From positions 3,596,001-3,660,000 of the forward strand of contig NC_092680.1 in the NCBI RefSeq assembly GCF_964355755.1: 64,000 nt of DNA, given 5' to 3'. The stretch is from Antedon mediterranea. Lineage: Eukaryota > Animalia > Echinodermata. This document shows positions 24,644 to 36,900 of this stretch, one piece after another. The notes beneath the pieces were generated by a model, which had not been told where the DNA came from, did not search any database, and was given only the letters and a program-made list of their open reading frames with translations. A program made the position numbers and the translations under genes. Position 1 is the stretch's first letter. Every line of letters begins with the position of its first letter.

Positions 24644-25838
24644 AAGTCCTGATATATAGAATGTAAGATAAAGGTTGTACGAAATCAGATAAAAACGTCG
24701 ACTCAAAACAAGATTTTGATACCATTACTTTAACCACCTGTGGTTGTTAGGGGTGCACTAAGTATGATAAATGATAAATCAAGAAAGTTAGGCGCAGCAG
24801 CGAGTTTTGTGTGTTTGTTGATTACACTAAAATAAAAAAAGGCAGAAAGAGAAAATTGTAACGCATTGTTCACTGTGTCCATGTCTGCAGCGCATCAAAT
24901 TATGCCAACAGTCTTGTTCAGAGACGTAGGCTGGTTGCTGCTTTGCTAATCGGTATGGCGTTCATTTCAGCCAATTAGCATTTTTACAAATTTTAACATG
25001 TTAACACATTTTCTTGAAAGAAGTTCAAAAAATATATTTAAAAAAATGCACAAATTAGTCTCAAATCGTAGAAAAACAAATCAAAGTAGGTTAAAATGAA
25101 AGCTTCATATTACGTTATTCTATTCGTAACGTCATAAAAATGCATATTCGACGTTATTATTTTTCACGCTGCTGCCTTAGCCCGCTACGTCCCAGGAGGA
25201 TGAGTCATTAAGAAACCGAAAGTAAGGCAGCAGTTATAATATCTAAGGTTGACAGTTTTGCTAAAATGCATACTCGACTGTAATTTATAGGTACCACCAA
25301 AAAACGTCTGGGAAAGAGTCTAACAGTTGAATGACAAATTTGTGGTATTTATGAGTCCCATGATATTATATAATTCGCTGTCAGATGATACTTCACACTT
25401 GAATGAAGTATCTAGGCGTGATGAAGTGACCCCCAGACCTGACCTTAGCAATACAATAAACTAAAGTGACTGATATGAAACACAGACTGTGTAACAAAAA
25501 AAATAATATTTGTTCACATATAAAAAAAGAAAAGAAACTTTAATTATAACTCAAAAACCATTGTCTGACAGACAATTTAAGTATTTTTTGCTTTAAATTA
25601 CATTTTTTCAGGTAAAATAACTATTATGTGACAATAAAATGACACATTCAAACACAAATTTGAAATAAAAAATATTTTTCTTTAAAACTGTTACATCAAT
25701 AAGCGAGCAGCGTTTTTTGTAAGAAATATTTCTTGTCTATATTCTGTTCTGTGATTTACCGTCATGGCGCAAAATACATGAGTTAATTGCATGCCTCGCT
25801 GGCTCGTACTTCACATTTTTTGTTTCCATTCACAAATT

Positions 25839-25848
25839 CAAGATGGCG
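25839..25848 (+). promoter_or_regulatory. YY1-type motif overlapping the MRPS27 start codon
   Basis: CAAGATGGCG, typical of housekeeping and mitochondrial-protein genes with short 5' UTRs. Confidence 0.4.
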
Positions 25849-28800
25849 ACTTGCATGTTTCGCACGCTGTCAACTCGTCATGTAATCCAGCGGTTGCTAG
25901 ATAACGCAAGGATATCTACATTAGGTAAGAAGCATATTTTCTATTTATTATGGACTAGAAGAAGTATCTTGTTCAGTTTAAATGACAAATATATTATTTA
26001 TTTTAATACATTACCTATCTGAAAAGCTAGGCCTAGCCTAGCTAGGCCTAGTAGGCTACTCCATCCATCATCTACTGTGTATCTGGTGCGTCTGTCTGGG
26101 GCCCATAGATTCTGCTCTGTACGTCTGATTACACACTAGGCCTAGGCTTAGCCTAGATAGGGAATCGGGAATGACTAGGCCTAAACTTTTAAAATGTCAT
26201 CATGGCTTGATATCATTGCATGCATGATTGATAATGTACACAATACCTGGCTAGGTAAGCTTACTACTACTATACTACTGATATTTAATAATACTAAAAA
26301 GTACTCTACTAGGCCTACTACTACTAGCGGTCACAGTGCATTTCGGCCGCCAATCATTTCGGCCGCCGGTTATGGAACGATCAAATTCTTGAAACTCCAA
26401 AAAGGACAAAATATAGCATGATCATTTCGGCCGCCAGGTATGGCGCGCCAAATTGAAATAGCCAGAAATAACTGTACAGTACTACAGTGCAAAAAATAAC
26501 TTTACCAAGTCTATGGAACGCCACAGAGAACTATGATCATTTAAACCAGAGATCAGTTGTGCAATGGGCTAAATACATTTTTTTTGCCGTAGATTTAAAG
26601 TTATATTACGGTATTTTACCATCTGAATATTTTGGTCAAAATAAATATTGATTAAATGTTTATTTATATTTTTATTTTACAGGTCCTGAAGATGCGCGTG
26701 CTTTGTAAAAATGTTTATTTATGAATATAATAAATGTAAAACATACGAATAAGTGTTTTTGACTGGCACATAAAAAAAAACCTCCTTGGCAAAGTGCACG
26801 CCATAAATTATGGCATAAATATCGCTGCTGTTTTTCTGGAATTGAAGACCGCCGATTCGGCTTAATAATACAGTGTTTAGTAAAAATAACATTTTAAACA
26901 CACATGGCGTGTCATACATATTCAAGAATAATTACAATTCTGGCGGCCGAAATGAACAATACATATTTTGTCTTTTTTGGCGTTTCATGAATTTGGCAAT
27001 TCCCTAACCGGCGGCCGAAATGACTGGCGGCCGAAATGATCAGACACCCTACTAGCTAGGGCCGGCCTACGTACGTACCAGACAGTACAGTACTACCACC
27101 ACTACTAGTACTACCCAGGCCTACCGCCAGTGCCCTGAGACTGATGGAGTCCCAACTGCAACTGCATTAAAAGTGGTGAAGTCGGATTCCTGGTGGTGCA
27201 GCCATGACAGCCTATGCCACCAAGAGAATTTTATATATAAAATAATGTAAGTTAAATAAATAATTAATGGAATAATGTTTTATTTATAGGAAGAAGAACT
27301 CTACTCTCAGAGGCTTATTATGGAAATGAAATTTGGCAGAAACGAAAAAGGCTAGCTATGGACATGGGTAAAATATGAATGTGCTGTTGATACAATATTC
27401 TAAACAAGAATTCTTTCCATTGTCAACACCATCATTTATTAACAGTTGGAATATTTATTGTATTATTTATTTTATATTATTGATTTCTATTTCAAATTCA
27501 GTTGAACTACAATTGAAATTAGATCGAGACTTTGTAGATTTGAAAAAGCCTGTTCCATCAATTGAACTACATATAGTAAGTGTAATTTAAACCAATTATT
27601 AATTATTATAACATAATTTTCAAATGTAAGTACATATGTACCACAGCTATAAGAACGATTAATTATTTAATTTATTTATGTTTTTTCCCCCTCTAGTTTG
27701 TTGATAATATTATGACAACAGCTCAACTCCAGACAGGAGAACAATACTTATACTGGTAGGGTCACTGGTTGATAAAAGAGTTTTGGGGAAAAAGGCATAT
27801 ATACTTGGGAGAGGTCATAATGAAACATCAGTATTTATTCAAATGTCTCTATTCTGCATAAATACCTACAGTACAATAAATTAGTTTTTTTAATTCTTGT
27901 CAATTTATGTTTTTGATAATAATAAAATTAATGTTAAATATTGTTTTGTCTCCAGTCATCGGCACTCCATTGTTGCCAGACATTTGCGAAAGGCAACAAT
28001 TCATGCATGGTTCAGGGCGTGTATACGCTTGAATGAGCCGGAACGCGCTTTCAAGACACTTCTAAACAAGGTAAATCCATGTTTTAATGGTTAAACTATG
28101 ATAGTGCATCATTTGCTTCAGCAACTCAACTCCCAATACCGGACACCTTTGGGCTGGCAAAATATGTCTGGTTTTCTGGAAAGTCTGGTATTCATTCAGA
28201 ATGTGTGTTTAATGGTAAAGAGGAATTTAACCTTTTAGACTTCGTCATTATTTCTAAGATATGGCTAGTTATATTCTCAAAAAACGTCCTGTCTGTAACA
28301 AAAAAATACTGTGGAATGCACCATTAAATTTGAAAAATAAACTAAATATAATCACTCACTTATCTGTAGATCAACTATGGCTTGTTTCCGGACATGATGA
28401 TGTTCAACATTCTTCTTAATATGTTCTTGAAAATCGAAGATTATGCAAGTGAGTTTTGTTCTGGGAAATGTTTAAAAGTACTTAATTATTTTAATGTTTA
28501 TTTTACAATGTCGAAATTGTTTGCAGTTACTCAGTTTCTTGTTGTAATTGTAGATGGTGAATAAGTTGTTTTTATTTTGTCTGTTTTGGGTTGACCAACT
28601 ATCATTGTTTAGCACCTGTTTGGCATTTCCTTGCCTTTTATATTGCATATATTTTGAAGAAATTTGAATAATTAAAACACATATATTTAAAAAGCAATAC
28701 AATTTTATTTAACAAAAACAGTGCTGTCTTCTGTTTTGTAATAAAAGGGTCAATTTGATATCATTCTGTATGTTTACAGATGCAGCAATGGTTGCTATGG

Positions 28801-30432
28801 AGATGATGCACACAGAGGTTTTAGACGACACAGCACCTTTATCGCAGCACCTAGCATTGTATGCCTGTCTAAAGTATTTGTCAAGTGGAACCGAAATCGA
28901 AGTACGTTTATATATAAATCCAAAGGCAAAGTACTAAAAATTATGTCAGTGGCTGGATCTTAATGGAGATGCAAAATAAAATAAGCAAAAAGCTAAATCA
29001 AAATAATAAGTAAAACAGCAAGAAAAATTAGAGCTTGCGGGAAACACTAGCCCTTCATCAGTGCAATATGTTTTATATATATAAATGATACAAATTAAAT
29101 AATATGATATACACATTGGGTACATTATTATTATTAATATTTATCTGTAGGATCATCAACTACCACATTTGGGAATGACCTTAGCAGATGCAACTAGAGG
29201 TCAATCGAGTCTCTTTTACAGAAGTTATCATGTAATTGGCTATAGTATGGTACCTACAAGACTAGACCAAGGTCTAAAAGCTCTACACAAAATTGCTGCA
29301 TTGGCAGAAAAGGATTGTATTTTACAAGATGCAGTGAGTTTTTTTCATTTCATTTCTTTATTATGTCCTTTTATCACTTTGTGGTCATCCTTTTTATGTT
29401 GTCTCTCCATAAACTCACATTTACACAGTTATGTGATGTACTAGTACACAGGGGTAACCCCCTACTCATCGAGCAAGATGTACTAGTGCACATGAGCAGT
29501 TTATAGCCCTTAGCCGAGAAGACTCATTCTACCACCAGAACCATGGAATGAGTGAGCTTCGAACCCTTGCCAATGTTATGGCTACGTAATTACAGTTCCA
29601 CTGTCTTAACCGTTCGGTCACTCACACTATTTTTGTTTCTTTTTTTAAAAATTCAATTAAATTATATTTAATACATTTGCTTAGGTCTCCAAGTTACAGA
29701 GTGCTGTTGAAAATTCAGATAATGAACAATTACAAGAATCGCTCCAGGCAAGTACCAGCAATTTATTTAAATTTTAGCTAATAATTAATATTTAACAACA
29801 AAGTGTTCACATTTAATTGATTTAATTAATATTTAACAACAGGTTTAAAAAAAAAAACTATGTATCCTTTAAGTTTAATTGTTGTAATGTTTAGCTTGAA
29901 AAAAAAAGTAATTGTAATTTAAAAAAACATTCTGAAATTTGCTGAATAAGTAAGCTTTTAAATTAATTTAAAATTAAATTAAAAATTCAATGAATCAAAT
30001 ATTGTTGAATGATGTCAAAAGATATATTTTATGTTCCTTTAATTCATCTTCTAGGAAACTGTCCATAAACTAAACGAAAATAATTCAATAATTGATAAAC
30101 CAGTTGACGATCTTCTTCAAGATTTAGTTAAAAATATTCCAAACTTGGAAACAAAAGACATTGAACAGTATCCAACAACATTATTAGAATGGCATGAATC
30201 CAATGTACACGCAGTGCAAAGACAGCGTGAGGCTAAAGAAGCCTACATTCGATCACTGAAAGAGGCTAGGTTGGAGAAGCTACTGCAGGAGACGGGAGGC
30301 ATTAAGTACTGGCTCAACAAACGTGAGCAAGGGAATACACAAACTGAAGAAAAGAAGGATTCATTTGAGGATGTAGAATATATAGATAAAGAACAACTTG
30401 CTGAAGAAATTGAAAATACCAACAGGTTGTAA
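25843..30432 (+). CDS. MRPS27: Mitochondrial small ribosomal subunit protein mS27 (PPR protein), 10 exons, ~410 aa
   Basis: Exons 25843-25924, 27290-27367, 27502-27575, 27697-27755, 27956-28070, 28370-28448, 28780-28901, 29151-29333, 29685-29747, 30055-30432 (1233 nt). Arg-rich presequence; RTLLSEAY, HRHS..LRKATIHAWFRAC and NKINYGLFPDMMMFNILL match human MRPS27 (RYLLSSAY; FRHSP..LRNWTIHTWIRQC; NKVQYGIFPDNFTFNLL). Confidence 0.93.
26328..27049. mobile_element. Non-autonomous DNA element with ~100-bp TIRs (CATTTCGGCCGCC subrepeats)
   Basis: 26338-26440 is the inverted complement of 26940-27040; TACTAG on both flanks (possible 6-bp TSD, but low-complexity context). Confidence 0.8.
28946..29065 (-). 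mobile_element. Second copy of the hammerhead-bearing repeat (core mutated GAAA->GCAA)
   Basis: Homologous to 24531-24650; minus strand GCA CUGAUGA A GGG...CCC GCAAGCUC. Confidence 0.65.
29430..29627 (-). mobile_element. Deu-like tRNA-derived SINE copy (internally deleted)
   Basis: Inverted homology to 3013-3240. Confidence 0.75.
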
Positions 30433-30967
30433 AGTTATCTTGAACTGTGGTTTACTATTAGATAATATCAATGACTGCCTCGTCAGAGAGTATTCTGTGC
30501 CGCCATGGTCTACACACATAGCGCCATGGTCTACACACTTGGCACCTAACAAAATTCCATACAAAACACTAGTGTTGAGACTTGTGCGTGTAAGAATTAA
30601 ATTACGATTTATGGGGTAGTTACTTTATATTTCAATTACAGTGAAACCAGAGAAAGTGTTCTCTTAGTAGGGGTGTCCCACTTATTATGGTCATGCAGTA
30701 TGGAAGGCAAAAGTGTTAAAAACATGATTTAATGGTTGACATGAACTTGGCATGCAATGATTTTGGAAATCATAATCATGCATTGTACTGTATGATTTTT
30801 GTAAGAGCATTAAAGTTTATTTTACATCTAAATTCTGTGTAATGCACTAAACCAATGTTTGCTAAATAAACAACAATAAATACAGTACTGTAATGTGGTA
30901 TCAATTTATTTTAATTCAGTCAACATTTCAACTAGAGTCATTACAGTAGGTCCTCTTAGCAGCACGA

Positions 30968-33900
30968 CTAGTCTAGCTGATCCAGTAATTGACTTAGTAA
31001 GTCAACCGTATTATCTCCTTGCATCCTGGCTTCTTCCACTACACCCTGACAAAATGGATTTAATGGATAGAAATTAGCCAAGTAAATGTATATACCTTAC
31101 TCCATGTATATACTGTATTAATATTTCCATTATAGATTCAAATACTCTCAATCAATCAAGAAACTGGGACTTCTGATAGTTTTAACCATTAAATACAACA
31201 AAACACGAATTTTTTTTAAATCTTCGGTAGTGGTGTACAGATACAAGAACTTACTTAACTTAGCCTTCTGTTTGACCTGTTTCAAGGAGGTCAACATTAG
31301 CCTTCTGTTTGACCCGTGTCAAGGAGGTCAACATAAGCCCTCTGTTTGACCTGTGCCAAGGAGGTCAACATTAGCCTTCTGTTTGACCTGCAAAACTGTG
31401 CTGGTGATAGGTACTTACCTTTGCAGCTTCCTTATTGCCTTTAGCAATAAGTAGCTTGACTATGTAGAAACGTGCAAGTTTAGCCTCTAATGAAGCCTTG
31501 TCATCTGCACACTCTATGGATTGTTGGAAACACCATTTTGCTTGCCTATTAACAAGAAAGAAGACATTTTCTAGGCTTAATAATGAGTACATTTTGCCAT
31601 TATTTATTTATCATAGTAACATACTTTAAAATGGGCTATATGAATTATGTGAATTTAGTGTGTTATATATACACAGTATTTCATTTTACCTGGGTTCATC
31701 ATTGTAAAAATGTAGGCCCTGAATTAGCCAGGCAACTGAGCATTCCTTATCAATCTTCAATGCCTCCGATGTGCTCTCTAGTAGCAGGTTATCCCAGTAC
31801 TCGCTGCTCTCCTCTCTATGATGTTGGGCTAGCAATGCTAGCCTCATTAAGGACACTGCTTTATCAACTGAGCTGCATTGGAGTGCCTGTCTGTAACAAG
31901 ACTCAGCATCTGTGATGCATTGTTCTTCAAAATACTGGCCCAGAACCTATAATCGATAATCATATACTGACTGATTTAATATTACAGTAATTTATGAATA
32001 ATCACAGAACATATAATTGGTCTTGAAAATAGTTTATATGCCAGAAAACAACGTATCATAGCCATATCCCAGTGTAGCATAACCAATTTTTACACAATTC
32101 CACCTCATTGCTACATTTATCAAATGGTATAGTAAAAAACACAATACAATTGATTTCTTCTCCTAGTTGTTGCTAATCAAACTTGGCAATAGTATTTTAG
32201 TATTAGTGTTTTACCTGCCATGGCAACGACTGGTTTTCATCATCCAGTGTGCATTTCTTGAGCCATCCAACATCCGTTTCAGAGATTTCTTGTCGAGGTT
32301 TTCTTAATAAAACTGCTTGAGCTTTTAAACGGTTCAAGATATTTGTAATGGCTGGTTCACTTATAAACACTTGGGCCTTGAGAAAAAGAAATTATTATTC
32401 GAATTATAAAAGGTAAAGCACTGAGGCATAAAATTGTAATAGGACATTTTATAAGACTAATTTTACACAATGGAATTATACATGACACTAATTGCAATGG
32501 TTAAAAAACCTCTACTGCCAAGAATTTGTAATAATGCACAAGTCAGAGTGCGTTAGTGGAGATACGCTGCACTCGAGGGTATTTACAATGTTGCGACATG
32601 CACAAGGCGCAGCTGATTGCAAGTTGCACAACATTGTGAATACTCGAGGCCTGGCCTACCACGGCAACCACAACTGCTCGGCCTATACGATTTACATGCA
32701 GTGCTGTTATGCTGTAAAAAAATAATGAGCACACACATGACTCATTTCAGCACGTCTGATTGGCTACATCCTTGACCCCATATTATTCTAGTTAACACCA
32801 ACCACAGATGACCACTGTGGTGAGGACTTTAATATACGATTTTAAATCATACATCTCAACTGATAAACATTTCTATTTAAAATGTTAATGTTTTACTTAC
32901 ATTAATACAGAATGACTGTGCTTGTTCATATTTGCCATCTTTTATAAGAGTGGCTGCCAGGTGAAGTGCACCCCATTGCTGAAGGGAAGTATTGCATTCA
33001 GACTCAGCTGAAATAAAAATTGTAACATTTTAAAGCTCTGTCTACACTATCAAACTTGATGTGACAAAAAAATGTGATATTCCCATATACATGGACACGA
33101 TGGTATCATATCACTACAATATTTAGGCATATCACTACCATATTTGGGCACATCACACTTTTGTTTGATAGTGTAAAAGTTACTCTCTATTATGTAAATG
33201 TACATAGTTGTTGATTTTAGTTTAGCAAGAATTTGGAATTTGGATAGGAACTCTTTATTAAGGCACTCAAAGGAGACAACCAGCACTTGTTCTTTGGACT
33301 ATGGTAAGAGGTTCTTTATTTTACACATGTGGTCTTTGACGCCTTGGCGACAGGTGTTCTATAAAGTACAGCCAAGTAGAACAAGTATTCTCGAGGGACT
33401 GTAATTGTAGGTCCAGCATGCACGAAATTGATAAAAGCACATTTTGAAACGATCACACTATCTGGTTGAAGCAGACTGGGAGAACCCGGGACAACATTAG
33501 GGACCTATCCTGAAAAATTCAGCTTTACCATATTTATTTCTACCTCAAAGCCTAATACTCCTCGACTATAAGTTTAATAATACTACTTTCTCTACATACA
33601 TTCTTTCTAGACACCACACCAATTATTTTATGAAAAAAACACATGAATGTGACATGACCGAACAACAAAATTGAGCCTTCTGGCGAGCTTAGGAATCTTA
33701 CCAAGTTGCAGGATAAACTGTGCTAAGTTTGATGTTTCTGATATTCTGCCATGGATGACCGCCTCAGCTAGGTAGCTTGATGATAGTGTAGTCCAAGCTG
33801 CTGTACTGTCTTAAGATACAGAAAAGAAACAGATAATATTATATCTTTTAACTTGACGCATATCTACAATTTTCAGATACCCCAAAATGTTGTACTGTAC

Positions 33901-36900
33901 TATTTTCTTTTTTTTAAATTCTTCCCAGATTGAAGCTACATTTACACTTGCTATGGTGCAGTTTAATTGTTTTTGTTTTCATTATTTAACAAAATAGCAA
34001 AGTTTGATGTGCACAAATATGGTAGCTCAAATACGGTAGTGATATGACATCATCATGTCCATATATGGGCACATCACATGTTTTTGTCACATAAAGTTTG
34101 ATAGTGTAGACAGCGGTTTAGGAATAACATAGATTCTATACTTCTATTATTGTTACAACTGGTCTGTGTCAATTGGCCTTAATCAATCGTTTTAAGGAAG
34201 TCCCTTTTGGTAATATTTACCTGGATAAAGGTGAACACTTCTCTGAGCTGAAATCAAACAGCTTCTGCCGTCCTTCTTCACATGCTGACCACTAAACAAC
34301 TCAGCTACAGCCATGTGCACAAATATGTCCTACAAAAGAAAATACAATCATAAAGCAGCTCTGTCTACACTATCAAAGTTTATGTGACAAACAAAATATG
34401 ATGTGCCCACCATATGGACATGATGATGTCATATCACTACCATATTTGGGCACATCATACTTTTTTTGTAAAACTAGATTGATAGTGTATACAATAATAG
34501 TTATATACAGATAAAAGAAATATATGTAATTGTTGATTCTAAGTTTGGTATACACCACTTGTACCATGAGAAGAACAGAAATTTAGCTGTTACAACAGCT
34601 GATTTTCTAATATAATGGGTAATAGAGTATTAATGCACCTGTAGGTTTTGAACACGCCTTCTCATTTACCAGTCCTTGATTACATCTCTTGGGTACAATA
34701 ATTAATTCAATATTAATTCAATATTTTTTTTTCCCCCCGATATTACAACTATTTAGTAAGTTTACCTTTGAAGACTTAATTTCTAGATTAGAAGCAATCT
34801 TGCTACATCTTGCAGCTGCCTGGAAAAATAAGTGAAATGTTGAGAAGATTAGATGTATACGTAATTATATAAAAATACGGTAAAATCTGTGCTGCAGTGC
34901 TGGAGATGCTAGTTCATTTGCAAAATATTTCACAAACTTAAATATCCTAAAAACTTAATCTCCTACTACAATTTTTAATAACAAATAATGTCTAAATGTG
35001 ATAGTTAATAATCATTTTCTATAGAAACCATGAATAATCAATGTATCTACCTTGGCTTTTTCAGGTGACAGTTGTAGAAGCAAATGAGACATTTTATTCC
35101 ACAGCCTAGCATTGCTTGGGTGACTACAGAAAATGTGAACAAATGTATTTTTTATTTCCAAAATATTAAAATACAAAAGTTAATGAAGTATTTGTTAACA
35201 ATTTATCTACACTAATATTAAATGTGAATTAAAATATGAAATTATCAATATATATGTAATAGAATATTCACAATATATAAATTCAAATTGGATAACATTA
35301 TAATTATTACTCTTTTCATTTATTATCATTTATTAACAGTATGTTGCATTCATTTACCTGTGAACAGCCTTTGAAATTTGCTGATAAGCTGATTTGCCTT
35401 CTCCCTTAAAAAAAAAAAATTGTTTTACAAAAAAAGCATTGATTGAAAATAAGTAGTCAAGTTAAATATTAGTTCAGATCTCACTTTCTCAATTATTGTC
35501 AAGTAAGAAGTGAAAAGAAGATGGCTTCAACATTAATATTAACTTAAAATAGTAATGAGGTAGTGAAAAACTATTAGAAGATTCAAATTGTGGATTAGAA
35601 TAAAATAATACAAATTATAACAAAAAGAAAACAATATTATTTGCACTAAGTGAACAAAATAATATTTGACTATTACATGATGTGGTAACAGAGATTAAAA
35701 AGCATTATATGTAATTGAGAAGGCTTTGTCATAGCATATTTAGAAATTGGGGTAATCACAAAATCTATCACAATGTACAGTGGTTTATAAAGACTATTTA
35801 TTCTGCTCTATTGTAATATTTTATGTCGCATAGTGCACTTGTAAAAAGACACTAATAATTACCTGCAAAACAGACACACAAGCTGCTATAAAACACACAT
35901 CCTCCAACATCGTTGGATCGTTAGCAAATTTAAACAGCTCTGTGAGGGCAGCAGATGCTAACTCAAGATCGTTATGCGTGATAGCTAGTGCACACAAAGC
36001 CAGAAGACCGTCTACCGAGGGTGGAGAAAGTTGAGAACACTGGAATAGAACAGTCTTAGCCTGGTCTGGATCTTGTGTCACCATACCCATAGCAGACAGA
36101 ACATGCCCTTTGTCTTCCATACTGTCAGTCAATTCAAATGCTTGTTCATACGCTGGAGAGTATAACATTTTGTTCAAATAAACTTTTTTTCATTAGTTAT
36201 CCAAGCTGTACAGTGGCTTTGTGTATACTACTACACTGGGGTAACTCCCTACTCATTTCAAAAGATGTACTAGGTTCTTTACAGTACATATGAGCGAGAT
36301 GTGTACACTGGACCTACAGTTTATAGTCTATATATACTTTATATTAAGACTCGTTCTACCACCAGAACCATGAAGCTAGTGTGCCTTGAACCATTGCTGA
36401 TGGTATGGCTACGTAATTACAGTTCCACTGTCTTAACCGCTCAGCCACACACTCAAAATATTATAGATATATTAAAATGCTTATAGACAATGACTTATTG
36501 CAAGCTAGTTCGTTTGGCTGAATGGTATAGACTTCAGTTTGTGGAGCTGGTGGGCTCCATTTGAAGCTCATCAACCTTATTATTGTGTGTTTCTCTTGTA
36601 ATGGTCAAGAGAGATTATTTATTTGTTCAGTTATATTTAGGTTAATATCAGCTACAGTACCTTGCAATCTCTCATATTTTCTGAGAAAGGGGAGGGGGGA
36701 ATACGCATCTAGGATTTATCCCAGGCTGTTCAAATTTCCTATCTTGTACAGTGCAAGAGCTAAGCCACACACATTTCAACTAAGTTACTTATGTACTTAC
36801 CCTGGTAGCTTTCAGTGTATTTTCCTATCTTGTAGAGTGATAGAGCTAACCCACACACATCCTCAAATACTATCAATGGACTAATCCTCTGATATTCTTC

